A DNA stretch of 63,809 nucleotides, the filler included, from Octopus bimaculoides (lineage: Eukaryota), in NCBI RefSeq assembly GCF_001194135.2. It is 7 parts of 7 records of this genome, joined end to end, with 100 filler letters (N's around TTAATTAATTAA, not from the genome) between each part and the next. Parts side by side here need not be neighbours in the genome. Positions count along the whole stretch, not along the records: positions 41,316 to 49,009 come from NC_069006.1; positions 49,110 to 56,873 come from NC_068988.1; 5 more parts are not named here. The stretch is one strand, 5' to 3'. This document shows, piece by piece, positions 41,848 to 52,943 of this stretch. Below the pieces are notes generated by a model that saw only the letters and a program-made list of their open reading frames with translations, made no database searches and was not told the origin of the DNA. The translations under genes and the position numbers were made by a program. Positions within the stretch are counted from its first letter, which is position 1, and each line of letters starts with the position of its first letter.

Positions 41848-42021
41848 AGGTGTGGCTGTGTAGTAAGAAGCTTACTTCTCTATCACATGGACTTCGGGTT
41901 CAGTCCCACAGCATGGCATCTTGGGCAAGTGCCTCGTACTATAGCCGCGGGCCAACCAAAGCCTTGTGAGTGGATTTGGAAAACAGAAACTGAAAGAAGC
42001 CCGTCGTATATGTGTGTGTGT

Positions 42022-42102
<81 letters not shown>

Positions 42103-42212
42103 TACGTGTATCTTTGTGTCAGTTCTTCCCCCACCACTGCTTGACAACCGGTTTTGGTATGTTTTGCGTGTCCGTAAATTAGCGGCTCGACGAAGGAGAC
42201 CGACAGAATAGG
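41848..42212 (+). mobile_element. SINE family A, near full length
   Basis: Head GGTGTGGCTGTGTAGTAAGAAGCTT...GGGTTCAGTCCCAC, with an internal (TG)n(TC)n(TA)n tract. Confidence 0.88.
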
Positions 42213-42224
42213 TACACACTGCAA

Positions 42225-42719
42225 CAGGTAAGATGACCTATATTGGTTCGTGTGAAGGAGAATTTAAAAATCGTTATGCCAGTCACATAGCCTCCTTCCG
42301 ATATAAGGACAAAAGCAAAGCTACGAAGTTGGTTTGGTATTTATGGGGTTTGAAAGATAACGAAACACTACATGTGATTAAGTGGAAAATAATTGAGAAA
42401 TCCATATCTTATGTTAATGGATCGACTATATGTAGGCTATGTTCAGCCGAAAGAGCTTAGATCCTGTTCAGATCTAAGTTCTCTAACTCTCTACTGAACT
42501 CTAGGTCTGAAACATTCAGCGGTTGCAATCAAATGTATTCTTTTATTTGTTTCAATCATGACTGCGGCCCTGCTGGAGCACCGCCTTTAGTGGAGCAAAT
42601 CGACCCCAGGAATTATTCTTTGTAAACCTAGCACTTATTCCATAGGTCTCTTTTGCCGAACCGCTAAGTTACAGTAAGGTAGACACACTGCCATTGGTTG
42701 TCAAGTGATGATTGGATGA

Positions 42720-42774
<55 letters not shown>

Positions 42775-43270
42775 GTATATATATATATATATATATATAC
42801 GACGGGCTTCTTTCAGTTTCCGTCTACCAAATATCCACTCACAAGGCTTTTGGTCGGCCCGAGGCTATAGTAGATGACACTTGCCCAAGGTGCCACGCAA
42901 TTGGACTGACCCGGAACCATGTGGTTGGTAAGCAAGCTACTTACCACACAGCCACTCCTGCAGAGGAATTGGAAAAGTCCACCGACACCTGATTAACTTG
43001 TCGATATCTTTCCGGTTAAGGTCTAAGGAAGATAACTCTTTAACCTTTTCTACATTTTACTTTTAACATTTTAGCTTTTACCTTTTCGTTTTCCATTATT
43101 GATTTTCCATTTTTTTAACCTTCTTCTTTTTCTATATACTGCCTTCTCAGCTTTTTCTCGTTTCTTCTCCTATTTAATTTTGTCAGTTCGTTATGATATG
43201 TGGATTGTGCCTGATAAATATGTTTGAGAAATTTCTACATATATGAAACTATTAGTAACACTTGTATTGT
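42225..43270 (+). mobile_element. Penelope-like GIY-YIG endonuclease 3' fragment and 3' UTR, interrupted by a SINE (42535-42960)
   Basis: ORF 42233-42460 reads TYIGSCEGEFKNRYASHIASFRY...KATKLVWYLW.LKD...IKWKIIEK...CRLC, the classic PLE endonuclease C-terminus. A pyrimidine-rich UTR resumes after the SINE. Confidence 0.82.
42535..42960 (-). mobile_element. SINE family A, full length, inserted in a Penelope relic
   Basis: Colinear with the other copies and well preserved, with an internal (CA)n(TA)n tract. Confidence 0.9.
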
Positions 43271-43329
43271 CTTATATATATATATAAATAACAAAGATGG
43301 GCGGAAGCAATTTCAAGACAAAAAGGAAA

Positions 43330-43509
43330 TAATTCACGGTTACTAAAGGTAACCAAGGAGAACGAGCATTGCTAGAAATAGGAGTCAAAAATTTCTTAGC
43401 CGCCACAAAATAGAACATGTGACGTTTTGTGACTAAGTAGTTTTTACTCCTATTTCTAGCAATGTTGATACGCACTTCAACCTTTGCCACTTTTAGTGAC
43501 GGTGAATTA
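43330..43509. mobile_element. Small palindromic MITE-like element next to (TA)n
   Basis: Arms TAATTCAC.GT.ACTAAA.GT...CATTGCTAGAAATAGGAGT...CACAAAA are mirrored by TTTTGTG...ACTCCTATTTCTAGCAATG...AC.TTTAGT.AC.GTGAATTA. Confidence 0.65.
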
Positions 43510-44134
43510 TATATATATATATATATATAATAATATTAGGGACAAAATCCAAAATTACAGGTAAAAACTCAATTAAAATCAATTTATAAAAAATAAAAAA
43601 TTAAATTGAGTCTTATAGATAAAGTATATATAAAATATATAGTTTTAGGGAAAATAACCAATTTTCAAGAACTCATCGATGAAAATCCACTATCACATAT
43701 AGAAAAATTAATAATTAAAAGCACAATAAATGAGTATAATATAAAGTAAAGTAAATATCATANNNNNNNNNNNNNNNNNNNNNNNNNNNNNNNNNNNNNN
43801 NNNNNNNNNNNNNNNNNNNNNNNNNNNNNNNNNNNNNNNNNNNNNNNNNNNNNNNNNNNNNNNNNNNNNNNNNNNNNNNNNNNNNNNNNNNNNNNNNNNN
43901 NNNNNNNNNNNNNNNNNNNNNNNNNNNNNNNNNNNNNNNNNNNNNNNNNNNNNNNNNNNNNNNNNNNNNNNNNNNNNNNNNNNNNNNNNNNNNNNNNNNN
44001 NNNNNNNNNNNNNNNNNNNNNNNNNNNNNNNNNNNNNNNNNNNNNNNNNNNNNNNNNNNNNNNNNNNNNNNNNNNNNNNNNNNNNNNNNNNNNNNNNNNN
44101 NNNNNNNNNNNNNNNNNNNNNNNNNNNNNNNNNN

Positions 44135-44300
44135 NTATATGAGTGTTTGCATGTCTGTGTTTGTCCCGCCCCCCACCATCGCTTGACAACCGATGCTGGT
44201 GTGTTTACGTCGCCTTAACTTACCGGTTCGGCAAAAGAGACTGATAGAATAGGTACTAGGCTTACAAAGAATAAGTCCTGGAGTCGATTTGTTCGACTAA
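44135..44300 (+). mobile_element. SINE family A, 3' half (5' part in gap)
   Basis: CCACCATCGCTTGACAACCGATGCTGGTGTGTTTACGTC...AAGAATAAGTCCTGGAGTCGATTTG. Confidence 0.82.
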
Positions 44301-44329
44301 AGAATAAAAGAATATATGTGTATCAGGCA

Positions 44330-45800
44330 AAAATATATGTAAAACTAGAAGAAAAATGCACGCACTGTGTTTGTCGACGGGTTTGCTTTTGCTAATCATG
44401 ACATTGAAATTATTGTAATTTCGTATGTTGTTATAAAAATTTTAGTCCATGTTGTGCGGGGAGAAGTTTATGAAGGATTGACTCAACAAGTAGAAGAATC
44501 TAAGGGGAGGTAATTTTTCATATTTCGGGGAGGAGAAGATATATCCAAACATTGGAAAGCTAATATAGTGAGGAGAAATATGCATAGTGATGGGTATGTA
44601 TTCATTAATTAAGATCAAAGTTGGTTATGCGTGCATATTTAGGCGTGTTCTTTATTTATACGTTCTTGTATAGACATTTTTCTTTGCATTGGTAGATGGG
44701 GAAAGCTGTGAAATTTGGTTGGATATTACCTGCACATCTCTCTATGTGTTCACTCAAAGTAATTTGTCTGTATTGTGGGAATCGGATCTGTTCTTTATGT
44801 ACAGTGGTTCTACGTCTCAGTGTACATTCGTCTGTCCTATATAGTTATATCCACAACCTAAGCAAGTTATAAGATAAATCAGATTCTCGGAGGCACAAGT
44901 GAACTTGGTTTTAATTGTGAACTTCTTGCCTTGTTTGAAAAGGAATTCCGAGCCTTCAAGTAGGTTGGGGCATGTTCCACAGTTTGGACATCCACATTTT
45001 TAACTGTTGGTTTTTTGGCTGTTGTATAAAGCTATGCATCTGTTAGAAGTGTCTTTAGCGATTTATGTTGCTTTTTGCGTTTGATGAATTTATGTTTCCA
45101 GAATATTTGGATCTCTAGTGAGCATAGGTAGATTTTGCACAATAGTGTTGTATGTCTCATTGTTTTTAAGGTTGTGAGTTGATATATATAGTAGTGTTTT
45201 GAGATGAGGTGTGGTGATACGTTACGTTGCCCTTAGTGTTTTATGTCTAATCTGTTAGCACGCTTAATTCCATCGTCTATTAGTGAGGGTGCTATTGTCT
45301 TTCAGTCAATGTTGTTTTCAGGTCATGCAGACGAAGGTCCCATGTAGTTCTATCAGATACTATTGTGCAAATCCTTTTTACTAAATTAAAGGAGATATTT
45401 ATTTTGATGTTTCGGGTGGCATGACCTAAACAGGAGATATCGCTTTGTGTCCGATGGTCTATGATGGATGTCAGTTATAATTTGGTTAGCCACTTTTTTA
45501 TCATAATATCCAAAAAAGGAAGTTGTTCTTTGCTACATTCCATTGTGAATTGAATGTTAGAGCTTATATTATTTAGTTTTGAGCTGAATTCTAAAAAATT
45601 ATCAATGGTATCCTTCCAAATGATAAAGCAGTCATCCAGGTATTTTTCCAGTTTTCTCTTATATAATGGTGAAATGGATATCCATATTTTTGCAGTTATA
45701 CTTCATATACGGTGAATTCAAAATCGCCCATTATTAGATTCGCAAGAACTGGAGCTACTTTCATTCCCATTGCAATTCCGCATTTTTGAGGAAATAAAAC
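44330..45800 (-). mobile_element. Penelope-like retroelement, 5'-truncated (RT C-terminal half, GIY-YIG endonuclease, 3' UTR)
   Basis: Minus-strand peptides are GIAMGMKVAPVLANLIMGDFE, WKKYLDDCFIIWKD, LPFLDIMI and CLGCGYNYIGQTN...RTTVHKEQIR. These motifs are nearly the same as in the 33300-34839 copy. Confidence 0.88.
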
Positions 45801-46222
45801 CAACGTCACTTGTAACTTTGATGATCACTCCAGTGATCGCCGGGATAAGAGAGTTTTGAAATAACGGGTTACTTTCATAACATAGGTCATAATTCCTGTT
45901 TTCTCATAAGATAGGTCATAATGCCTGTTTTGCTTGCTTCAGTTGTTGAATTGCCGCCATGTCTAGGAAAGAGCTTTAATGATTTTGTCAAACCGTTCGA
46001 CCTTATTTTTATTTTCAGCCTGGTATTTATTCTATGGGTTTCTTATGGCGAACTGTTAGGATACGAGAAGAGAAACAGTCCGACAGCAGTTGTCAGGCGA
46101 TGGTGGGGCACAAGCACAGACACAAATACACATGCTCACAAGTTAATGATTTTAAAATCACAAGAAAACAAAAGATGCAATTTAAGAAGTCCGGTTTCAG
46201 AAGATATTTAACATAAATTTAC

Positions 46223-46319
46223 CCGCTTTCCTATTTCATGTGAGTTTCCCAAAAAACAAGTAGGTTTGGGACCGGGAATACCAAGTTCTTTGAAATATAA
46301 GTATGGTCTTCTTCCATAT
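46223..46319 (-). CDS. Internal coding exon (exon-2 equivalent) of a CYP3-clan (CYP3A-like) cytochrome P450
   Basis: The minus strand reads ttttgttag|A TAT GGA AGA AGA CCA...GGA AAG CGG|gtaaat. This is 97 nt, phase 2 to phase 0, encoding YGRRPYLYFKELGIPGPKPTCFLGNSHEIGKR. It has the GIPGPxP..FLGN proline-hinge motif and, as I recall, the same boundaries as human CYP3A4 exon 2 ([31 protein letters not shown]). Confidence 0.82.
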
Positions 46320-46326
46320 CTAACAA

Positions 46327-46620
<294 letters not shown>

Positions 46621-48029
46621 AGCACCGGGATGAATAAGAGCACCGGGCTGAATAACAACATGGATGTGCTACACCGGGCTCCCTATACAAAAACAAATCT
46701 AATCCAATAACATCGATGGAATTAGGCAAAAGAACCGGTGGAAGATTCGAAGGAAGCGGTCTTTTAACGAAGATAATTTTCAAAAAATGAAATTTTACTG
46801 CCATACAAAGCACAGGTTCTCCTTTGCACGATGTCTCAGTGAAACACGTGCGAAAACACACGCAAAACCAACACCGGAAAGTTTACAAACTATAAAAAAG
46901 AAATGGAACAAAATAGTAAGTACGTATATTGAATAATTACGCATACACTCGAACGTCTACACAATGATATATACGTTTTGATACCTATAGAACTACACAT
47001 GCATCTTAATGTTTACACAATTACGTGAAATTCACAGGACACACTCAAGCATACGAAAACACGTTTCGCAAACGAAGCAAAAACAAAACTCTTTTTCTTC
47101 TTTATTTAGTTTCATTTTGTGAACAAAAACAGACATAGTGAACCATCCATAAGTTTAAAACGCCACAAAAAAGAATGAAACTGCAGCTAAAAAAGATACT
47201 ACAGAGGAAATAATTATAAACCAGCCCAAGGCTGATGAAAATACAGTAATGATTGAAAGAATTAATGTAACTGATAGGCAAAGTGAAATACTCTCTGAAC
47301 CAACCATAAACACTAAGGCAGGTGAAAATCAAATAGATGAAGAAAGTCATACAGAAATCGACGCAAAAGAACTACATGATCTAAAAAATCAAATCATGAT
47401 TGAATGGCTGAAAATTAAAGAAACCAGTATGAATGGACGTGACANNNNNNNNNNNNNNNNNNNNNNNNNNNNNNNNNNNNNNNNNNNNNNNNNNNNNNNN
47501 NNNNNNNNNNNNNNNNNNNNNNNNNNNNNNNNNNNNNNNNNNNNNNNNNNNNNNNNNNNNNNNNNNNNNNNNNNNNNNNNNNNNNNNNNNNNNNNNNNNN
47601 NNNNNNNNNNNNNNNNNNNNNNNNNNNNNNNNNNNNNNNNNNNNNNNNNNNNNNNNNNNNNNNNNNNNNNNNNNNNNNNNNNNNNNNNNNNNNNNNNNNN
47701 NNNNNNNNNNNNNNNNNNNNNNNNNNNNNNNNNNNNNNNNNNNNNNNNNNNNNNNNNNNNNNNNNNNNNNNNNNNNNNNNNNNNNNNNNNNNNNNNNNNN
47801 NNNNNNNNNNNNNNNNNNNNNNNNNNNNNNNNNNNNNNNNNNNNNNNNNNNNNNNNNNNNNNNNNNNNNNNNNNNNNNNNNNNNNNNNNNNNNNNNNNNN
47901 NNNNNNNNNNNNNNNNNNNNNNNNNNNNNNNNNNNNNNNNNNNNNNNNNNNNNNNNNNNNNNNNNNNNNNNNNNNNNNNNNNNNNNNNNNNNNNNNNNNN
48001 NNNNNNNNNNNNNNNNNNNNNNNNNNNNT

Positions 48030-49009
48030 TAAACAAGCAGTAAGGGATAAAAAGAATGAAACTGCAGCTAAAAAAGATACTACAGAGGAAATAATTATAA
48101 ACCAGCCCAAGGCTGATGAAAATACAGTAATGATTGAAAGAATTAATGTAACTGATAGGCAAAGTGAAATACTCTCTGAACCAACCATAAACACTAAGGC
48201 AGGTGAAAATCAAATAGATGAAGAAAGTCATACAGAAATCGACGCAAAAGAACTACATGATCTAAAAAATCAAATCATGATTGAATGGCTGAAAATTAAA
48301 GAAACCAGTATGAATGGACGTGACACTCTCCCAAAGATTCGCAATTCTAACCAAAACCTGAAAATAATTGGTAAAATGCGCTTTACACTTAAGGATATAA
48401 TTTCATTTATTGATGTTGATATTACAGATTTCAACCACCTGTACTATGCAGCCGCAAAAATCTCAACGATTCTATGTGGTGAAAAGATTAGAAAACGACA
48501 ACACTCCCACAAAAAGCCTTCTTGGCAAGAGCGCATTCAACACCAAATTAAGCTAGTTAGATCTGACATAGAATGTTTGAAAAACCTTAAATTTGACAAG
48601 AGTATCAAACCTACAAAGACATAATAACTAAAGAAAAAATATAATATGAAAACCATATTTGCCATTGATGCCACCATAGAAACCATCAAGCAAAAGGTAT
48701 GTGCTAAAGCTGCCCGCATAGCAAGGTATGAAAAGCGTGTTAGATTCTTCAGAGATAATAACATGTTCCAAAATAACCCCAAAAATTTCTACAGGAAGAT
48801 AGGGAAAACACCAGTAACAATAAAGTCTGTCCCATCAAAAGAAGAAGTGCAGGAATTTTGGAATAAAATCTGGGCAGAAGATAAAACACACAATGAAAAG
48901 GCCCCTTGGATTGATAGAATATCTACGGACTTAGACTCCTTAGAGGAGCAAAAGTGGGAGGGGGTCAAGGTAGAAGATATAAGATCTGCTCTCAGGAGGT
49001 CAAGCAAAT
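48030..49009 (+). mobile_element. R4/Dong-type non-LTR retrotransposon, N-terminal ORF region upstream of RT (one frameshift)
   Basis: KPSWQERIQHQIKLVRSDI...ETIKQKVCAKAARIARYEKRVRFFRDNNMFQNNPKNFYRKIG...PSKEEVQEFWNKIW...HNEKAPWI...DIRSALRRSSK is the typical pre-RT region of R4-clade elements. Confidence 0.82.
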
Positions 49010-49151
49010 NNNNNNNNNNNNNNNNNNNNNNNNNNNNNNNNNNNNNNNNNNNNTTAATTAATTAANNNNNNNNNNNNNNNNNNNNNNNNNNNNNNNNNNN
49101 NNNNNNNNNATATATATATATATACATATATATAGAAGGAAAGAGAGAAAT

Positions 49152-49240
49152 AGAGAGAGGGAGAGCGAGAGAGAGGGAGAGCGAGAGAGAGGGAGAGCGA
49201 GAGAGAGGGAGAGCGAGAGAGAGGGAGAGCGAGAGAGAGA
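49152..49240 (+). repeat. 16-bp minisatellite (GAGAGAGAGGGAGAGC)n, about 5 copies
   Basis: Directly visible. Confidence 0.88.
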
Positions 49241-49301
49241 TGCGGATATGCGTTTATAATACATGTATATAAACACATGCTGTATGTATGTATAAAGTAT
49301 A

Positions 49302-49853
49302 CAGTAATGACTCGATATACGAGTTAATTTGTTCCCGGAGATCACTCGTAAAGCCAATACTCGTAAAGCAGAGCAATACTTTTCCATAGTAGCAATGCTA
49401 TAAATTGTAATTCGTTCCCAGAAATACATTTTACCTATAAAATTTATAATACTCATAAATAAATGGCGGTAAAACAACAGTAGAATGTAAAGAATATTTT
49501 ATGTAAAGTGAGAAGAATGTGAAGATCATTTATAATTAAGAAGTATTATTATTATAATCGTTTTCTGAATCACTTTCACTGGAACTAGACTCGTGCACAC
49601 CGTCACTTGTAGACGCGATCGCCGATTCACAAGGACTCGTAGACGGACTTGCAGATCTCTTTTTAAAAACCAAGTCTAACGTTGTTTGTTTAGAAGAAGC
49701 CTTTTCGCTCTCTGTAAATTTCTCGGTATCCTGCAGAAGTACTTGTTATAAGAGTAGAAACTTTTGCACTTCATTCAAAATTTGTGTCTTGTGCTTGAAA
49801 TGTGATAAACTAAAACTCGTAAACCCGGGGTTTCGTAAAGTGAGGTATTACAG
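49302..49853. mobile_element. Tigger/pogo-like MITE
   Basis: TA|CAGTAATGACTCGATATACGAG start, repeated CTCGTAAAG subterminal motifs, and an end GAGGTATTACAG|TA with one mismatch to the expected ...ACTG|TA. Confidence 0.7.
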
Positions 49854-50191
49854 TATGTGTTAGAAGCATATGGGGTACCGTCTTGAAGAATTTTTAGTCG
49901 AATGAATTGTCCCAAGTACATTTTATTTTTATGTGAGTGTGGTACCTATCCTATCAGTCACATTTTGCCGATATACATATTATACACACACTCACTGAAA
50001 CACACACACACGCAAACACATACAGTCAGTTAGACAGACAGACAGACAAACAGACAGGCAGACAGACAGACAGTCAGACAAACAGATAGATTGATAGATA
50101 GACAGACATACGTATGTACGTACGTATTTAACATGAAAACAAGCACACAGAGTTTGAAACAGCTATGGTTATATACCTCATACATACATAC

Positions 50192-50239
<48 letters not shown>

Positions 50240-52345
50240 TTGTAATAATATATATATGTAATATGCGTGCGTTTGTTTGCGCATGCGGCGTATGTGGGCA
50301 TTGTTGTTTTACAATGTCACTGGGTGATTAAAGAAATTATCCTACGTCTTTTGTTTAGATAAATGAAGAAATCACACATAATAATCCGTCCCTCTCAGGG
50401 CAGAAATTTAATGTTAAATTGAAAATCAAAACATGGTCAATTTTGATTGGTTAGATAATTTCAGCCAATGGCACCCAGCAATTCAACCGCAAATGGCAAC
50501 AGTCGCAATCTACTTCTTCTAATTCCTCTTAACTCATCATGGCATTCTTCTGTGACACTTTCTGACTTAATGGTTCACGAAGGTCACAAGACTTTCTGAC
50601 AAGTGTCAATATCTGATTTGTATTATTTTATTTTCCATTGCTAATATTTTGATAACGTTTAAAATCCTAGAAAAAGATAATGGCCTTCAAACCGTCCTCT
50701 CAATCATGCTCTGTCATTTCTCTTGCTTCGCTGCTGCTACTGGTGTCATTGTTCCGATTTTAACATTCGCTATTTACTCAAAGCGCAGAGTTGGCCGAGT
50801 CGTTAGAGCGTGGTTGTTTGCTGGTATTCGTTCTGGCTCTGTACGCTGTAAGTTCAAATTCCGATGAGGTTAGAGATTTTCACCTTTTCGGACCGGGCAA
50901 TGGCGGGTAATTTGCTAGTCATTAACTAAGATAGATACTTCTCTCTGTCTCTCTGTCTCTATCTCTCTCTCTATCTCTCTATCTATCTAACTATCTATCT
51001 CTAAAAGAAATCGGCAAACACGCATACACATTTATACATGCGTGTGTATATATAGATATATATATATATATTATATGTATATTTTCATGTATGATCAAAT
51101 GTGTGTGCTATCTATTAGCTCACTCTCTTCGTCAAATCGACGTCGTCTGAATAGATGCTCGGTGTACCACGTGACAAGTGTCGAAGTGATCACAAAAGCA
51201 AGTTCGAAACACACTGCTTTGCAAAGTAGAGACTTACACGGGACAGAAGCTACAATCTATTTGTGAAATCAGAAATAGGTTAAAGATTATAAATAAATTA
51301 TTAAGGCTTCTTAATTAAATTATTAATGCTTCTTAATTAATAAGCCGTAATTACAGCAGAGAATCGGATTTTCCAAGCTGGCTATCAAAACTTCTCCCAC
51401 ACCACCATCACCTTCATCTGGTTCACCTAGACTCCAAACCTCCTTGTCAATACAAATTTTTCTCTACCATTTACTTGTGTAATCATTCTCATCTTGGTTT
51501 ATGTCAGTGTTTCTGTGTGTGTGTCGCTCCTCCCCTTTACCAGTTCACCGTCTCCATTCCAACCCCGTCATGTATTATAAGAAAAGGGTAGTCTCGCATA
51601 TAACACAAGTCATTGCGTTATTAACATTAACATTGATAAATGTTAAAATAATTTGGTAATTAGAATCCTCAACTTTTAGGATAAACACTTGTGTGCTAAG
51701 AATATTGCTGTATTCTGATTCCGAATTCAGGAGTCGATGCTCGGGGGCACACTACCTAGATAGGTGAAACAAATTTCACCACAACACCACGAGCCTTGTC
51801 GAATCAGATGTTGCAACTCTGGCTTGATGTTTCTGTGCGACTCTGAGCCAGATGTTTCTATACGATTTTGCCCGAAATGTTTCAATGCTCACTCTTTCAA
51901 CACCACTTGTCCCATGGCTTGCTTTCCCATTCGCTTCCAACATTTTTCTGGCAACATCTTTTCTCTCCTTCGCCACTAGTCCAAGAATCCTCGCCCATCC
52001 TTTTCTGGCCTTGTGATTATGTAAGAATTCAGTTTAATTTAATTTAATAAGCTACATTAGTTTGGCCGCTTCTAATAACTCTATTCTAAACAGTTTCGAA
52101 GAGATACACCTGTATATCTTTCTCAATTCCAAGTCTTTGAAGAAATTTGTCCTCGGTTATAAACATTGCTGAAAACTTTAGTTCACAAGAGTTTGCAGTG
52201 ATGTTTTCAACCATAAAATAATGGGAACATATTTCTAGATATATTTTAGACCCATTAGCTGTAGTTAATTAGTTGAGATTATTCAGAATAACAGTATTTT
52301 TATAAACCTCACGAGCCCCACAATTTCTCTTGCGTACCCCTAGAG

Positions 52346-52880
52346 CAGGGGTTTTCAAACTGTGGTCCGTGGACCACAAGGGGTCCGCAAGGACAAGACA
52401 GGGGGTCCGTGGACAGCAAATACTTTTTATGGGCAATTTGATTTTATATATGTTTTTGGCACTGTCATGGTATTAGCTGTCAGAAGTGAAAGTAGAAAAA
52501 TCTGAAGGAACGTTACTACTGGTTTGAGTTGATTCTTTGGCTACTGACTAGCCGGAGCTATCTATCTGTCTGTCTGTCTGTCTGTCTATCTCACTATCTA
52601 TCTATCTATCTATCTATCTNNNNNNNNNNNNNNNNNNNNNNNNNNNNNNNNNNNNNNNNNNNNNNNNNNNNNNNNNNNNNNNNNNNNNNNNNNNNNNNNN
52701 NNNNNNNNNNNNNNNNNNNNNNNNNNNNNNNNNNNNNNNNNNNNNNNNNNNNNNNNNNNNNNNNNNNNNNNNNNNNNNNNNNNNNNNNNNNNNNNNNNNN
52801 NNNNNNNNNNNNNNNNNNNNNNNNNNNNNNNNNNNNNNNNNNNNNNNNNNNNNNNNNNNNNNNNNNNNNNNNNNNNNNNN

Positions 52881-52943
<63 letters not shown>

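Noticed and set aside
50444-50472. Opposed CCAAT boxes as a P450 promoter
   Set aside because: No plausible exon 1 follows on the minus strand, and two 5-mers are weak evidence.
51764-52020. Cys-rich plus ORF and basic minus ORF; superficial resemblance to a piggyBac C-terminal domain
   Set aside because: Cys spacing does not fit, there are no supporting transposon ends, and no consistent splice frame.
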